A DNA stretch of 64,000 nt. It comes from Mobula hypostoma (taxonomy: Eukaryota). The stretch is taken from contig NC_086097.1 of assembly GCF_963921235.1 (NCBI RefSeq), positions 123,258,001 to 123,322,000 on the forward strand. The letters are read 5' to 3'. The position numbers and the translations under genes are program-made. Numbering within the stretch: the first letter of the stretch is position 1; each line of letters starts with the position of its first letter. Under the pieces are notes generated by a model, which ran no database searches, was not told the origin of the DNA, and saw only the letters and a list, made by a program, of their open reading frames with translations. Below, in pieces: positions 1 through 12,679 of this stretch.

Positions 1-170
1 ATAACATGCCCACAACTCACCAGTCCGAACCCTACATCTTTTGGAAAGTGGGAGGCAACCGGAGCACCTAGAGGAAACCACCCAGTCACGGAGAGAACAT
101 GCAAATTCTTTACAGACTGCGGCGGGAAACGAACCCTGGTCAGTGTTCGCTGGCACTGTACTAGCCTCAC
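1..170 (-). mobile_element. tRNA-type SINE fragment
   Basis: Contains the gtgggaggcaaccggagcacctagaggaaacc...aaattctttacagac...gaaccc core that recurs in about 10 places in the window. Confidence 0.7.
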
Positions 171-337
171 TAAAATAGTTCAAAGGTACTCGCACATCCT
201 GGGCACCAAACACTAACCACTAACCGTGCAGTCCTAGGGAGTTGATTTTGCTTTTCCTTTAGAAGGTCTTTTAGCTAATTATATCAGAAGTAAAATCTCG
301 TGCTAAAAAGTGAATTTCATCCAATCTATACTTTTAA

Positions 338-470
338 CTGTGGAAGGGTCCCAGCCCAAAGTGTTGATGATTTATTCCTTTCCAGAGATGCTGCCTGACC
401 TGCTGAGTTCCTCCAGCATTTTATATGTGTTGCTCTGGATTTCCAGCATCCACAGGATATCATGTGTTTC
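338..470 (+). mobile_element. Penelope-like element 3' tail (degenerate hammerhead region)
   Basis: gatgctgcctgacctgctgagttcctccagc...tttccagcatc matches the tail of the PLE at 19950-20081. Confidence 0.65.
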
Positions 471-584
471 TTATTTTTAACTATTCGATTCATTGGATCC
501 CTGGAGACTTCAGGGCCGTAATGTCATCAATCTCATTCCTCGTTTTCTTATTCCTCTGTATTCCTGCAATTAATCTCTCTCACA

Positions 585-1230
585 CTCTGTGGTTAAGAAG
601 GCATATGGTGCATTGGCCTTCATCAACCATGAGACTGAGTTTAAGAGCTGAGAGGTAATGTTGCAGCTATAATAAGACTCTGGTCAGACCCCACTTGGAG
701 TACTGTGCTCAGTTCTGGTCACCTCACTACAGGAAGGATGTGGAAACCATAGAAAGGGTGCAGAGGAGATTTACAAGGATGTTGCCTGGATTGGGGAGCA
801 TGCCTTATGAGAATAGGTTGAGTGAACTTGGCCTTTTCTCCTTGGAGCAACGGAGGATGTGAGGTGACCTGATAGAGGTGTATAAGATGATGAGAGGCAT
901 TGATCATGTGGATAGTTAGAGGCTTTTTCCCAGGGCTGAAATGGCTAACATGACAGGGCACAGTTTTAAGGTGCTTGGAAGTAGGTACAAAGGAGATGTC
1001 AGGGGTAAGCTTTTTACGCAGAGAATGGTGAGTGCATAGAATGGGCTGCCAGTAACGGTGGTGGAAGCGGATATGATAGAGCCTTTTAAGAGGCTCCTGG
1101 ATAGGTACATGGAGCTTAGAAAAATAGAGGGCTATGGGTAACCATAGGTAATTTCTAAATTAAGTACATGTTCGGCACAGCATTGTGGACCGAAGGGCCT
1201 GTATTGTGCTGTAGGTTTTCTATGTTTCTA
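585..1230 (+). mobile_element. CR1 LINE 3' fragment
   Basis: Encodes [41 protein letters not shown], the CR1 ORF2 C-terminus; ends in a ttctatgtttcta tail. Confidence 0.9.
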
Positions 1231-1244
1231 AATGCCCATCAGCT

Positions 1245-1805
1245 GCCATTCAGCATGGAAACACCAATACCCAGGAACAGAAAAGTCTGTAACCAGCGTT
1301 GAATACAGCCTAGTTCATCACAGGAAAAGTCCTCCCAACCAGTGAGCACATCTACAAGGAGCACAGCCACAAGAGAGCAGTACCCATCGGCACGAACACC
1401 TCTCATCCAGGCCATGCTCTCTTCTCGCTACTACCGTTGGGGCAATGGGTACTAGTCCTTTGGTCCCACATCGCCAAGTTCAGGAACAGTTATTACTCTT
1501 CAACTATCTGGCTCCTGAACCAGTGTGGATAACTTCACTCACCTCAGCTCTGCACTGATTCCACAACCTATGGACTCCCTTTCAAAGACTCTACAACTTC
1601 TGTCAGATTATTTATTTACTTTATTTTTACTATTTGCTCAATTTGTCTTTTGCATTTTAGTTGTTTGTCAGTCATTGTTATTTATGGTTCTTCATAAATA
1701 TTATTGTATTTCATTATTGTCCAGTAAATGCCTGTAAGAAAATTGATCTTGGTATATGGTGACATGTACTTTGATAATAAATTTACTGTGAACTTTGAAC
1801 TTTGT
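1245..1805 (+). mobile_element. Rex1/Babar-like LINE 3' fragment
   Basis: Decayed HPGHALFSLLP-type C-terminus and an aataaa...gaactttgaacttt tail shared with other copies. Confidence 0.75.
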
Positions 1806-2151
1806 ATCTTTTGGCCACTTTCCTATGCCGATGAGTAACTTACAGTCTCCAGTTATCCTCCAAGCACACCTGTGGGATGTGAGGGAACTTGGAGTACACA
1901 GTGGAAATCCGGGTCACTACAATATGCAAGCTTGACGGGGAAAGCAGCAGGAATTAGGATCAAACCAGACTCCCTGCAGCCCAGAGCCCCCAGAATGACT
2001 CAAAGTATTAATCACACTGATCTATGAGTTTACTGCAAAAACATCATGCAATTATGGTAAGTCAGGAGCCAGAGAATAAAATCCTCTGTGTATTTGTAAA
2101 ATTAAAATGTGGTAACATGTTTTTCTGCACAATATGAGACGTTGTAATGTA

Positions 2152-2510
2152 CGCTCTGTGGCCACTTTATTAGTACACTTGTACATCTGCTCATTAATGC
2201 AAGTATATAATTAGACAATCATGTGGCAGTACCTCAATGCAAAAAAATCATACGCTAAAGGGGTTCAGCTGTTGTTCTGGCCAAACATCAGAATGAGCAA
2301 GAAGTGTGATCTAAGTGACTTTGACTGTGGAATGATCGTTGGTTTGAGATGTCCTGGAATTCTCATGCACCACAGTCTTGAGAGTTTCCGGAGAATGGCG
2401 TGAAAAAAAATTGAGTGAGCAGCACTTCGGTGGGTAAAAATGTCTTGTTAATGAGACAGGTGAGAGGACAAGAGAGTACATAAGGTACCTAATAAAGTGA
2501 CCACTAAGTG
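2152..2510 (+). mobile_element. Non-autonomous Tc1/mariner element
   Basis: TA-flanked TIRs c(g)ctctgtggccactttattag / ctaataaagtgaccactaagtg; transposase N-terminus MSKKCDLSDFDCGMIVG. Confidence 0.85.
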
Positions 2511-3139
2511 TATTTGTAAAATTAAATTGTGTTCTATTTTTAATAATGATTAATTCAAAATATACCCGACAGAAGCCAAATGACTAATAACCAAATTTAA
2601 TGAAAAAGTTAGTTATTCATGGGTTTTTTTAACAGCACCTATGATTCACACATTCTTTTAATAAGCCATTTATCGTACTTCAAATACAACACCATAATTC
2701 AAAATCAAGACAGAAAATTGACTTTAACTTTGTTTCATACAGTACTGCATCACAGATGCACAAAACAATAGATCTCTAACGACAAAGGAAAGAAAACAGT
2801 GTTTACACACTACAAAATTAACCTCCAGAGACTTGATGCATGAACAATGATTGCTTCTGTATTTATAAGTCAAACCAGTAAAATCATTGCAACATATAAT
2901 ATATTCATTAGAAATCAGCTATGTGGACATAAGTGATATCACCAAAGATAGTCTCATAAGGAAAGATATTCATGTTAAAGAAAAACGTGATTTCAAAATT
3001 ACAATAATCTTTTATGGCCGCTGTTAAGAAGATGAACATCTGTAAATGCTTCTTTTCCTCATGATTCTGTTGCAATTGTTCTGTTCTGGTACCTGTAATT
3101 ATGTAGTTTTATAAAGTCAGCTTTGGATCAGCAGAGGCA

Positions 3140-5233
3140 AGTCAGTTATGGCTTGAGTTTCTGGGAAAAATGAGGAAGGTGCAGGATAGATGTATTCCAG
3201 AAACAAAGAAATACTCAAATGGCAAAATAGTACAACCATGGCTGGCAATAGAAGTCAAAGCTAATGTAATAGCCAAAGAGAGGATATACAATAAAGCAAG
3301 AATTAGTAGGAAGATAGAGGATCGGGAAGCTTTTAAAAACCTACAGAAAGCAACTAAAAGAATCAGGAGGGAAAAGGTGAAATATGAAAGCAAGCTAGCA
3401 AACAATATCAAGGAAAATAGAAAACGCTTTTTCAAGTATATAAAAAATAAAAGAGATGAGAATGGATATAGGACCATCAGAAAATGAGGCAGAGAAATAA
3501 TAATGGGGACAAGGAGAGACAACAGATGAACTGAGTGAGTATTTTGCATCAGTCTCCACTGTGGAAGACACTAGCAGTGTGCCAGGTGTTGAAGGGTTTG
3601 AGGGAAGAAAAGTGAGTGCACTTAATATTACAAGGAAGTAGGTGCTCCAAAAGCTGAAAGATCTAAAGGTACACAGTTAATCGGACCAGATGAACTGCAC
3701 CCTAGGGTTCTGAAAGAGGAAGTGTTAGATATTGTAGAGGCATTAGTAATGATCTTTCAAGAACCACTGGACTCTGGCTGGAGGACTGGAAATTTACAAA
3801 TGTCACTCCACTCTTTAAGAAAGGAGGGAGGCAACAAAAAGGAAATTATAGACCAGTTAGCTTAACCTCAATGGTTGGGAAAATGTTGGAGTCAATTGTT
3901 AAGGATGAGGCTATAGAGTACTTGGTGATACAGGGCAAGATAGGACAAAGTCGGCATGGTATCTTTAATGGAAAATCTTGCCTGACAAACCTGTTGGAAT
4001 TCTTTGAGGAGACTACAAGTCCGATAGATAAAGGGGATGCAGTGGATATTGTATATTTGGATTTTCAGAAGGCCCTTGACAAGGTGACACACATGAGGCT
4101 GCTGACCAAGTTAAGAGCACATGGTATTACAGGAAAGTTACTGGCATGGTTAGAGCATTGGCTGATTGCTAGGAGGCAGGAATGGGAATAAAAGGATCCT
4201 TTTCTGGTTGGCTGCCAGTGACTAGTGGTGTTCCGCAGGTGTCGGTGTTGGGACTGCTTTTTTATGCTGTATATCAATGATTTCGATGATGAAATTAGAT
4301 GGCTTTGTTGCCAAGTTTGCAGATGATATGAAGATTGATAGAGAAGCAGATAGTGTTGAGAAACAGGAAGGCTGTAGGAGGACTTAGACAGATTAGGAAA
4401 CTGGGCAAAAAAGAGGCAAATGAAATACAATGTTGGAAAATGCATGATCATGCACTTTGCTAGAAGAAATAAATGCGTAGACTATTTCTGAATGGGGAGA
4501 AAATCCAAAAATCTGAGACGCAAAGGGACTTGGGAGTCCTTGTACAAAACACCATGGAGGTCAACTTGCAGGTTGACATGGTGGTGAGGAAGGCAAATGC
4601 AATGTTAGATTCATTTCACAATGTCTAGAATACAAGAGCGAGGATGTGATGCTGAGGCTTTATAAGGCACTGGTGAAGACTCACCTTGTGTATTGTGAAC
4701 AGTTCTGGGCTCCTCATCTAAGAAAAGATGTGCTGGCATTGACAAGGGTTCAGAGGAGGTTCACAAGGATGATTCTGGGAATGAAAGAGTTATCATATGA
4801 GGAATGTTTGATAGCTCTGGGCCTGTACTCGCTGGAATTTAGAAGAATGAGGGGGGATTTCATTGAAACCTTTTGAATGTTGCAAGCTCTGGACAGAGTA
4901 GACGTGGTAAAGATGTTTCCCCTGGTGGGAGAGTTTAGGACAAGAGGGCACAGCCTCAGGATAGAGGGGCGTCTATTTAAAACAGGAATGCGAAGAAATT
5001 TCTTAAGCCAGGTGGTGACTTTGTGGAATTTGTTACCACAGGCAGTTGTAGAGGCCAGGTCATTCGGTGTATTTGACAGGTTCTTGATTGGGCACGGCAT
5101 CAAACGATATGGGAAGAAGGCCAGGAAGTGGGGCTGAGGAGGGGGAATAAAAGGAGCAGCCATGATTGAATGGCGGAGCAGACTCGATGGCCCAAATGGC
5201 CTTATTCTGCTCCTATGTCTTATGGTCTATGGT
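3140..5233 (+). mobile_element. CR1 LINE, 5'-truncated, decayed ORF2 (reverse transcriptase)
   Basis: Motifs GNYRPVSLT, KSCLTNLLEFFE, VYLDFQKALDKV, KFADD, YCEQFWAP with stops and frameshifts; tatggtctatggt tail. Confidence 0.95.
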
Positions 5234-5380
5234 AATCCTGTTTAATCCATTACAGGGCAAAAACAGATCCTTTTTTTTAAAAAAAGCTTCACAATCACAA
5301 TAAAACAAAGAAATATTACTCAACTATAAGGAAAATAAAAACATTGGTGAAGTATCAGTTGAACTTCACATTTCATTATA

Positions 5381-5917
5381 CACTCAGTGGCCACATTAAG
5401 ATGGCCACTAAGTATGATTGTGATTTTCTATTGCAGTAGCCCACCCATTTTCAACGTGATGTGTGATGAGGGATGCTCTTCTGAACACCACTATTTTGTA
5501 CTACGTGATCTTTTGAGTTACTGGTATCATCCTGTCAGCTTGAACCAGTCTGGCCATTCTCCTCTGACCTCTCTCATTAACAAGGTGTTTTCACCCACAG
5601 AACTGCTGCTCGCTGGATGCTTTTTTTTGTTCTTAACACTATTCTCTGCAAACTCTAGAGACTTGTGTGTGAAAATCCCAGGAGATCCGCAGTTTCTAAG
5701 ATAATCAAACCACCCCATCTGGCATCAACAATCATTCCACAGTTAAATTCACTTAGGTCTCATTTCTTCCCCATTCTGATGTTTGGTTTGAACAACAACT
5801 GAACCTCTTGACTATGTCTGCATGCTTTAATATATTGAATTGCTGCCATATGATTAGCGGATTAGATATGTATATTATCAAATAGGTGTAGAGATGTACC
5901 TAATAAAGTGTTGAGTG
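5381..5917 (-). mobile_element. Non-autonomous Tc1/mariner element
   Basis: TA+cactcagtggccac TIR; reverse copy of the same transposase fragment. Confidence 0.85.
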
Positions 5918-6392
5918 CGGGGATGCTACCTCGAGATTAATTTTCATGCAGGCATTCACAGTAGAACAAAGAAATACAATAGAATTAATGAAAATCTCTA
6001 CACAAACAATGACTGTCAAACAACCTATGCACAAGAAAATCTATGCAAATAAAATAGATAAATAAATATATATGCATACATAATTAAATAGACAGATGCA
6101 CAGATAGATAGACAAATAAATAAATAATGCTTAAAGCACGAGCTGCAGAGTGAGGTGAGTTGAGATTATAAACTGGCAATCACTGTAGAGTGAGCATCCA
6201 TGAAAGTCGAAAGTGTTAGCCTCAGTCCTGATGGAATTAATGTCTACTCCTACCACACTTTCTACAATTCCATATGTGCAAGTAAACACACAACAATCAT
6301 TCAACAAGAACAGCCATAACAATCACCTGGATTGTCCCAGGATCGGATATTCACACGAACAGAAGGCACGAGGAGACATGAAGATGGCATTG

Positions 6393-7930
6393 GATTGAAT
6401 TGAATTGACTTTATTTCTTACATCCTTCACATACAGGAGGAGTAAAAATCTTTACGTTACATCTCCATCTAAATGTGCAATGTGCAGTCATAGTAATTTA
6501 CCAGACAACGGGCTGACCCTTTGACAGAAGGATGGTGCAGTCTGATGTGATCAGAATGAACATTAAATTTTCCTGAATGCTATTGGTATCACTCTGCTTT
6601 GGAAACTGAAGTAGAAAACCTCAGTTTATTAAAGAAGAACGACGCATAGCAAAGCAAATATAGCTCCTCCTCGTTTAACGAAGGTCACTTTTGATGGCAT
6701 CATTTCCGGTTTACCTGCTACCCTTGTGCTTCTCGTTGTCATTCTGGAGACGTGCAGTCCTTTCAACCCCCGTCTCTTCATCTCTTCTGCCGTTTGTTCT
6801 TTGTCTCTGATCCTGGAGACGTACATTTCTCAGCTCCTTTGTCTCTTCTTCTCTCATCTGTTTTTGTCCTGACTCTTTGATCCTGGAGTCACGCAGCCCT
6901 GGCTTCATCTGATTCTTGTTCTCTCCCTCTCCTTGCCGCTTCCGGACGATTTTTTTTTACCCGAATGCTGGATAGAAGATACGAAGCAGTGGCACCAAAG
7001 GATGCTGATTATTCTTGATGATGTGGTTGGGGCTCTCCTAAATGGATGTAATATAGTCACCGCTGACCTTTGACTGCAGCAAAGGGTTTTATGGGTGTCT
7101 CGAAGTATGTCATTACAATAAGATTTAATTATCTCCTATTGATGGGTGGCAGTTAGATCTGTCCCAATCCTGCATATGCTGATGGTGGTAATTAGCAGAA
7201 TATGACCCCTCGAAATAGAGCTGCCCTGCCCTTTTGGTCCAGTAGGTGTCGCTGCTGAGGCTGGCCACGTTCATGCATCGGGCCGTCGCGTCCCGATTTC
7301 CATGATGGCAGATTGGCTCTGGAGTGAAAGGAAGCCTGTTGATTTTTGTGAATGAGCAATTTTATATGAATATATAACCCTGAACTTTGCCTGCATTCTG
7401 TAAGTTAGCGCATTTTAATTCGATTTAGCCAAAAAAAAGTGCCGCTGTAATGCACCGTTTGCGCTAATTGGAGTTCACAGACAAACAGACAGAGCATGAG
7501 AGTTATAGTAGTATATAGATAATAATTTATAATAAATAGAACAATCAGTGTAATATAGAGTACACTCAAATCAGCATGAGTTCATCAGTCTGGTGGCCTG
7601 ATGGAAGAAGCTGTCCCAGAGCCTGTTGGTCCTGGCTTTTATGCTATCGTACCACTTCCCAGATGGTAGCAGCTGGAATAGTTGGTGGTTGGGATGGCTT
7701 GGGTCCCCAATGATCCTACGGGCCCTCTTTACACACCTGTCCTTGTAAAGGTCCTGAATCATGAGAAGTTCACAACTACAGATGCGCTGGGCTATCTGCA
7801 CCACTCTCTGCAGAGTCCTGCAATTAAGGGAGGTACAGTTCCCATACCAGGCAGTGATGGAGCCAGTCAGGATGCTCTCAATTGTGCCCCTGTAGAAAGT
7901 TCTTAGGATTAGGGGGCCCATACCAAACTT
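6393..7930 (-). mobile_element. Rex1/Babar-like LINE 3' fragment, interrupted by a Helitron
   Basis: ORF 7571-7921 (FYRGTIESILTGSITAWYG...HPNHQLFQLLPSGK) is the Rex1/Babar C-terminus; the 3' UTR resumes at 6393-6500 with a (ttgaa)n tail. Confidence 0.85.
6501..7519 (-). mobile_element. Non-autonomous Helitron
   Basis: Minus strand reads A|TCTATATACTAC...CTGG|T: 5' TC, 3' CTRR, inserted between A and T with no TSD. Imperfect subterminal hairpin gacaacggg-ctga-ccctttgac; (ctgt)-like repeats near the 5' end; decayed EET..ER..RLQ repeats at 6711-6908. Confidence 0.75.
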
Positions 7931-7944
7931 ATTTGGTATGGGGA

Positions 7945-8350
7945 GGACTGGTCAGTCCAGGGCTTGAGCCTAAAGTTCAGGGTCTCAGCATTGGCTAGTC
8001 AAAGATTTGATACCAGAAATCAAAGCCCGAAGGTCAATGGGAAGTCCAGAATTGGAATCCTGATTGCCAAAGCCTGGACTAGAGACTGGTTGCTTGTTCT
8101 GGAGTTAGGGGATTGTCCATGTGTGTAAGAGGGTGGAAGAGAAGGTCAGAGGGACGAAAGCAGCTTGTTTCACCGTTGCTGTTTTCATTGTTTATTGTGT
8201 TCCCTGTTGCTGCCGAGCATTGTGGGAATGCTACATTGGTGCTGGATTCTGTGGCCATGCTTGCGGGCTGCCCCCAGCGCACCTTTGGGTGTGTTGGTTG
8301 TTAACGAGAATGGCACATTTCATTGTATGTTTCCATAATTAAATCTAAAT
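7945..8350 (+). mobile_element. Unclassified non-autonomous retroelement 3' part (related copies at about 28960-29380, 31700-32240, 44400-44740)
   Basis: Shared gccgagcattgtggg...gcgggctgcccccagc...catttca(c/t)tgtatgt...taaatct tail across four copies. Confidence 0.55.
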
Positions 8351-8649
8351 TATAAATTGAGTCATCTTTTGTGATGCTAGTGGGAGGCAGACATTACTTC
8401 AAATGACTGAGTCAATGCTTTCACAGAGAAGAAAAAAACTTGGATGATCTTCCAGTAAACATGCATTGAATTAACCTGCTGAAGTCCAGACAGCGAATAC
8501 CAGAATTTGGAGTGTGGATGTATTGATCTGCAGTTGAAAACTGAAAGATAAAAGACCTTTGGAGAACAACCAGTGTTTGGAAGATTGCTGAGCTGGAGGA
8601 AGTGTGTAGTTATGGAAAGGATTGAAGTTGTGGAAGAATTCAACAGGAC

Positions 8650-9430
8650 GGGGTGGAGCGTAGGAGGAGGATGGCGCCTAACGGCGACTCCTTTTCTTGC
8701 ATCTTCTGAAACAGCTCTATTTCTATCTTTGATATCTCCTTTTTCCCCCTTTCAAGGTTCTTTTGAAGACCCTGAGCTGGAGTTACGCACTGACTTTGGT
8801 TCTTTGCGGAAATCGGACCCGCTCTCAGGGTCTCATGACCAGCCGCTTTTCGATATGCCAAGGACACGGCCTGGAAGACTAGCGCGTCTTCAGGGTGCTG
8901 AATTTTCGTGGCTCTGGAGGCGGGAGTACACGGAAGATCAAAAGCAGCAAACTGGCTGCATGCCCAGAGACCAGAGTTCTTTCAGCGCGGAGCTTGGAAA
9001 AAACAACATAACAGACTTTTAACACCATAAATCAGCGAATTGTTTTGTTATGTCTCCCCTCTCGCTATGAAATGCGGACACCTCTTTTTTCCCTTATTAG
9101 AGGGAAAGCTTGTGGCAAGGTGAGTTACCGGGTGAACAAGTAGTCTTTGGGATTCTGCAGGTCTGTGTCTTTATTGATGCTTTGCTGCATGCTTGAGTGC
9201 TCATGGGGGGACACTGATCCTTTTTTTTGCTGGTGGGGGAGGGGGATGTTTGCTTTGCTGCTGCTTGTGTGAGGGATGGGGGACTTAGGGCGGGTTTTGG
9301 GGTTCTAACATTTAACTGGCATTCATTCTTTGGGGCACTCCTCTGTTTTCATGGTTGTTTGCAAAGAAAAAGGAATTTTAGGATGTATACTGTATACATT
9401 TTTCTGACATTAAATGTACCTATTGAAACC
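8650..9430 (+). mobile_element. Non-autonomous L1/Tx1-like retroelement (second copy at about 15475-16307)
   Basis: 5' ggatggcgcc motif and a tgtatacatttt..attaaa..ctattgaa tail; colinear similarity with 15475-16307. Family assignment is inferred. Confidence 0.5.
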
Positions 9431-9659
9431 GATTGGAAAAATGTTCAAACTAAACTTCTGCTGGGCCAAGAGCCCATCTGCCCTCACCATCACCCAACAC
9501 CACCCTACCATTTCTCTGGAAGAGGCTGCAGTTCGCTCAAAGGACAGATCACACACCACAGAATCCAGAGAACTTTAGCGGAAGTGACTGCCTAATAAGG
9601 TGGGTAGATCAAATTGTTCTTCAAATGACGGTGCAAACAATAAAACTGCACATTAATGA

Positions 9660-9870
9660 AGACTGGAAGTGAAAGCCCAGCAGGGAGAGCATTGGAGTAA
9701 TGAAATCAGAGGAAATAAAAATATACACAAAGGCTTCTGCAGCACTTAGGATGAGGCAGGGTAAAAAATGGACAACATTAAGAAGACAGAAGAAGATGGT
9801 GCATTTAGTACAGAAGATCAGAAGCTCAGCTAAGCATTAAATAGGACGCTAATGTTGTAACTAATCTGAT
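9660..9870 (-). mobile_element. Ancient L2 LINE remnant
   Basis: Minus strand decays from the L2 motif LRNIARLRPCL..AAE.LIHAF.TS.LDYSNALLAG. Confidence 0.55.
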
Positions 9871-9904
9871 CCAGACAGCATTTGCATAGAAGCCTGATAT
9901 TTTC

Positions 9905-11150
9905 CTCAAAGGGAAATCTTACCAGACAAATCTGTTGAAATTCTTTGAGGAAATAACAGGCAGGACAGACAAGAAAGAGACCGAGGTTGTTGTTTACTTG
10001 GATTTTCAGAAGGCCTTTGATAAGGTGTTGCACATGAGGCTGCTTAGCAAGATAAGATCCCATGGTAGTACAGGGAAAATACTAGTATGGACAATGATGA
10101 CTGACTGACAGGAGTCAATGTTCTCGAGTGTACTTCACTGTTAGAAACATTTGTCGGTAGAATTGTAAAATGGGAATACAAGAAATATAAACACCGGTAG
10201 GCCATGCAGCTCCCAAAAGCTGTCTTGTCATTCAGTGACTTTGAAACTGATTCAGTACGTCTCGTCTACTTTGCAAGTAATCACATTATCTCTTCATTCC
10301 CTTAGTACCCAAAAATCTATTGATATCAGGCTGCATATGATTATTTTCCCTCCTGCCTTAGCTTGGCAGGAAACATGCAAGTGTTGAGGAATTAACATTT
10401 AGATTTTAATTAAATTTGATAACTGATAAGAACCAAAAAAAATCCTTGAAAGCCTACTTGGAAAAATTTGTCTTCAGCTTTCCTTACCAATAATTCTCCA
10501 TGCAAACATTAAATGTCAACCATGTATATTTTAAATGCAATTATTAGCATCCATTTCCAGAGGACTACAATATAAAAGCAGAAATCTATTACTGAGCCTT
10601 ATTACAAGGCATTATTCAGATCACACGTGAGTATTGTGAGCAGTTTTGGGCCCCTTATGAATGGGCTGGCATTGGAAAGGCCCAGAGGGGTTCACAAAAA
10701 AAATCCCAGGAACGAAAGGGTTAAAAAATGAGGACTGGTTGATAGCTCTGGACCCATACTTGCTAGAATTTATTAGAATGAGGAGGAATCTCATTTAAAC
10801 TTATCAAATATTGAAAGGCCTAGATAAAGTCAACGTGGAGAGAATATTTCCAATCGTGAGAGAACCTAGGGCCAGAGGGCTCAACAAGAGAATGATCCTC
10901 TAAAACAGAGATGAGGAAGAATTTTTTTCACCAGAGAATAGTGAATCTGTGAAATTCATTGCCACAGGCAGCTGTGAAGGCCAAGTCATGGGCATATTGA
11001 AAGCGAAGGTCGATAGGTTCTTGAATACTAAGGGCATCAAAGGTTAGAGGGAGAAGGCAGGAGAATGGGGTTGAGAGGAATAATAAATCAGCCTTGATCG
11101 AATGCTGAGGCAGACCTGATACCTGTATGGCCTAATTCTGCTCGTAAATA
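9905..11150 (+). mobile_element. Two CR1 LINE fragments (about 9905-10115 and 10545-11150)
   Basis: VYLDFQKAFDKV and YCEQFWAP motifs; 3' UTR similar to 3140-5233. Confidence 0.8.
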
Positions 11151-11466
11151 TTATTTTCATTACCTTTATTTCAAAATGCAGATGTTACCGACTGACCACC
11201 CCATTTGTCTGAGGGGCGTGCTTCTCATTTGCATAATGGTACTGACCTGACTGACCAATGTAAATGTTAAAATCAAATAACTCTGAATATGCACATGTTG
11301 GCATAATTTCCAATTTCAATTCAGTTGGACTTTAGAGATAGTAGGAGATTTATCACCTAAATTTGTATTTTTAATAATCAAGCATATCTAATTTTGCTAA
11401 ACACTAGTAAAATTCAAAACAAATATTGAACTACACCAAAAGTACAAACAGAAATACTGAAAGATA

Positions 11467-12040
11467 TACTCTGTGGCCACTTTGTTAGGTACACCTATAC
11501 AGCTGCACATTGATGCAAATATCTAATCAGCCAATCACGTGATAGCAACTCAGTGCATAAAAGCATGCAGACATGGTCAAGAGGTTCAGTTGTTCTTCAG
11601 ACCAAACATGAGCATGGGGTAGAAATGTGATCTAAATGATTTTGACCATGGAATGATTGCTGGCAGCAGACACGGTGGTTTGAGTATCTCAGAAACTGCT
11701 GACCTCCTGGGATTTTCATGCACAGCAGTCTCTAGAGTTTATAGCGAATGGTACAAAAACAAATTTTAAAAAAACCTTCCAGTGAGTGGCGATTCTGTGG
11801 GTGAAAAATCTTGTTAATGAGAGAAGTCAGAAGAGAATGGACAGACTGATTCAAGCTGACAGGAAAGCGACAGTAATTTCAATAACCAGGCGTTATTACA
11901 GTGGTGTACACAAGAGCATCTCTGAACACACAACACACCAAACCTTGTCATGGATGGCCTACAGCAGCAGAAGACCATGAACATGCTCTCAGTGGCCAAT
12001 TTATTCGGTAAAGGAGGTAGCTAATAAAGCAGCCACCAAT
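11467..12040 (+). mobile_element. Non-autonomous Tc1/mariner element
   Basis: TIR plus LVNERSQKRMDRLIQADRKATV...MAYSSRRP transposase DNA-binding fragment. Confidence 0.85.
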
Positions 12041-12679
12041 TCTACATTTTATGTAAGAAGCAGTTTTCCACAAGTGTGCAATACTTCCAGTGTTGAAAGA
12101 AAGCTGGCACTTGACAAAATTTAATAAGTCTACAGTCGTCAAATATTGTGCATTCCTGTCATCTGCACCTTTCTACTACTCAGCATCCTAAACTGAGTCA
12201 TTTGCTGATTTTAGTCAGAACGCATTTGGCCCTAAAGAGTTAATAATCGTTTTAAATCAGTTCCATTGAAATCAATGTGTAGGATCTCCCAGTGGACTTA
12301 CTGGTGAGTGTAGATAATGAATTGATCTACATTGTACTCACAAGTTTCATCCAGTAACCTTCTGGATTTGTTAACTGAATGCTTCTATGTATTATGGAAA
12401 TGTGAAAAATCACCTAAATTAAGACAAAATCCTTAAAAATGTGATGATACATTTTAATTTTGGCATTGCCAATACCAATTGAGATAGTTTTAAATTGTTT
12501 TCATGGTTAAAGTAATACACAAAAAATGTTATCAGGTCCTGCTTAAGGGTATAGCTCAAAATGTCGACTGTTTAGTCCCCTCTATAGATGTTCCCTGACC
12601 TGCTGAGTTCCACCAGCATTTTGTGTGTGTTACTCTCGATTCCCAGCATCTGCAGAATTTCTTGTGTTATTGACAGTTA

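Noticed and set aside
2088..2533. About 25-bp direct repeat (gtgtatttgtaaaattaaa) on either side of a Tc1 copy
   Set aside because: AT-rich and not flush with the left TIR, so not a TSD; probably a small local duplication
2920..3095. Possible minus-strand terminal exon (taattacag|gtaccag...) with AT-rich UTR-like sequence
   Set aside because: No frame resembles the CCDC102 C-terminus or any protein I recognise; the acceptor lacks a pyrimidine tract
8573..9595. 149-aa and 122-aa ORFs
   Set aside because: They lie in a dispersed non-autonomous repeat whose second copy (15475-16307) does not preserve the frames
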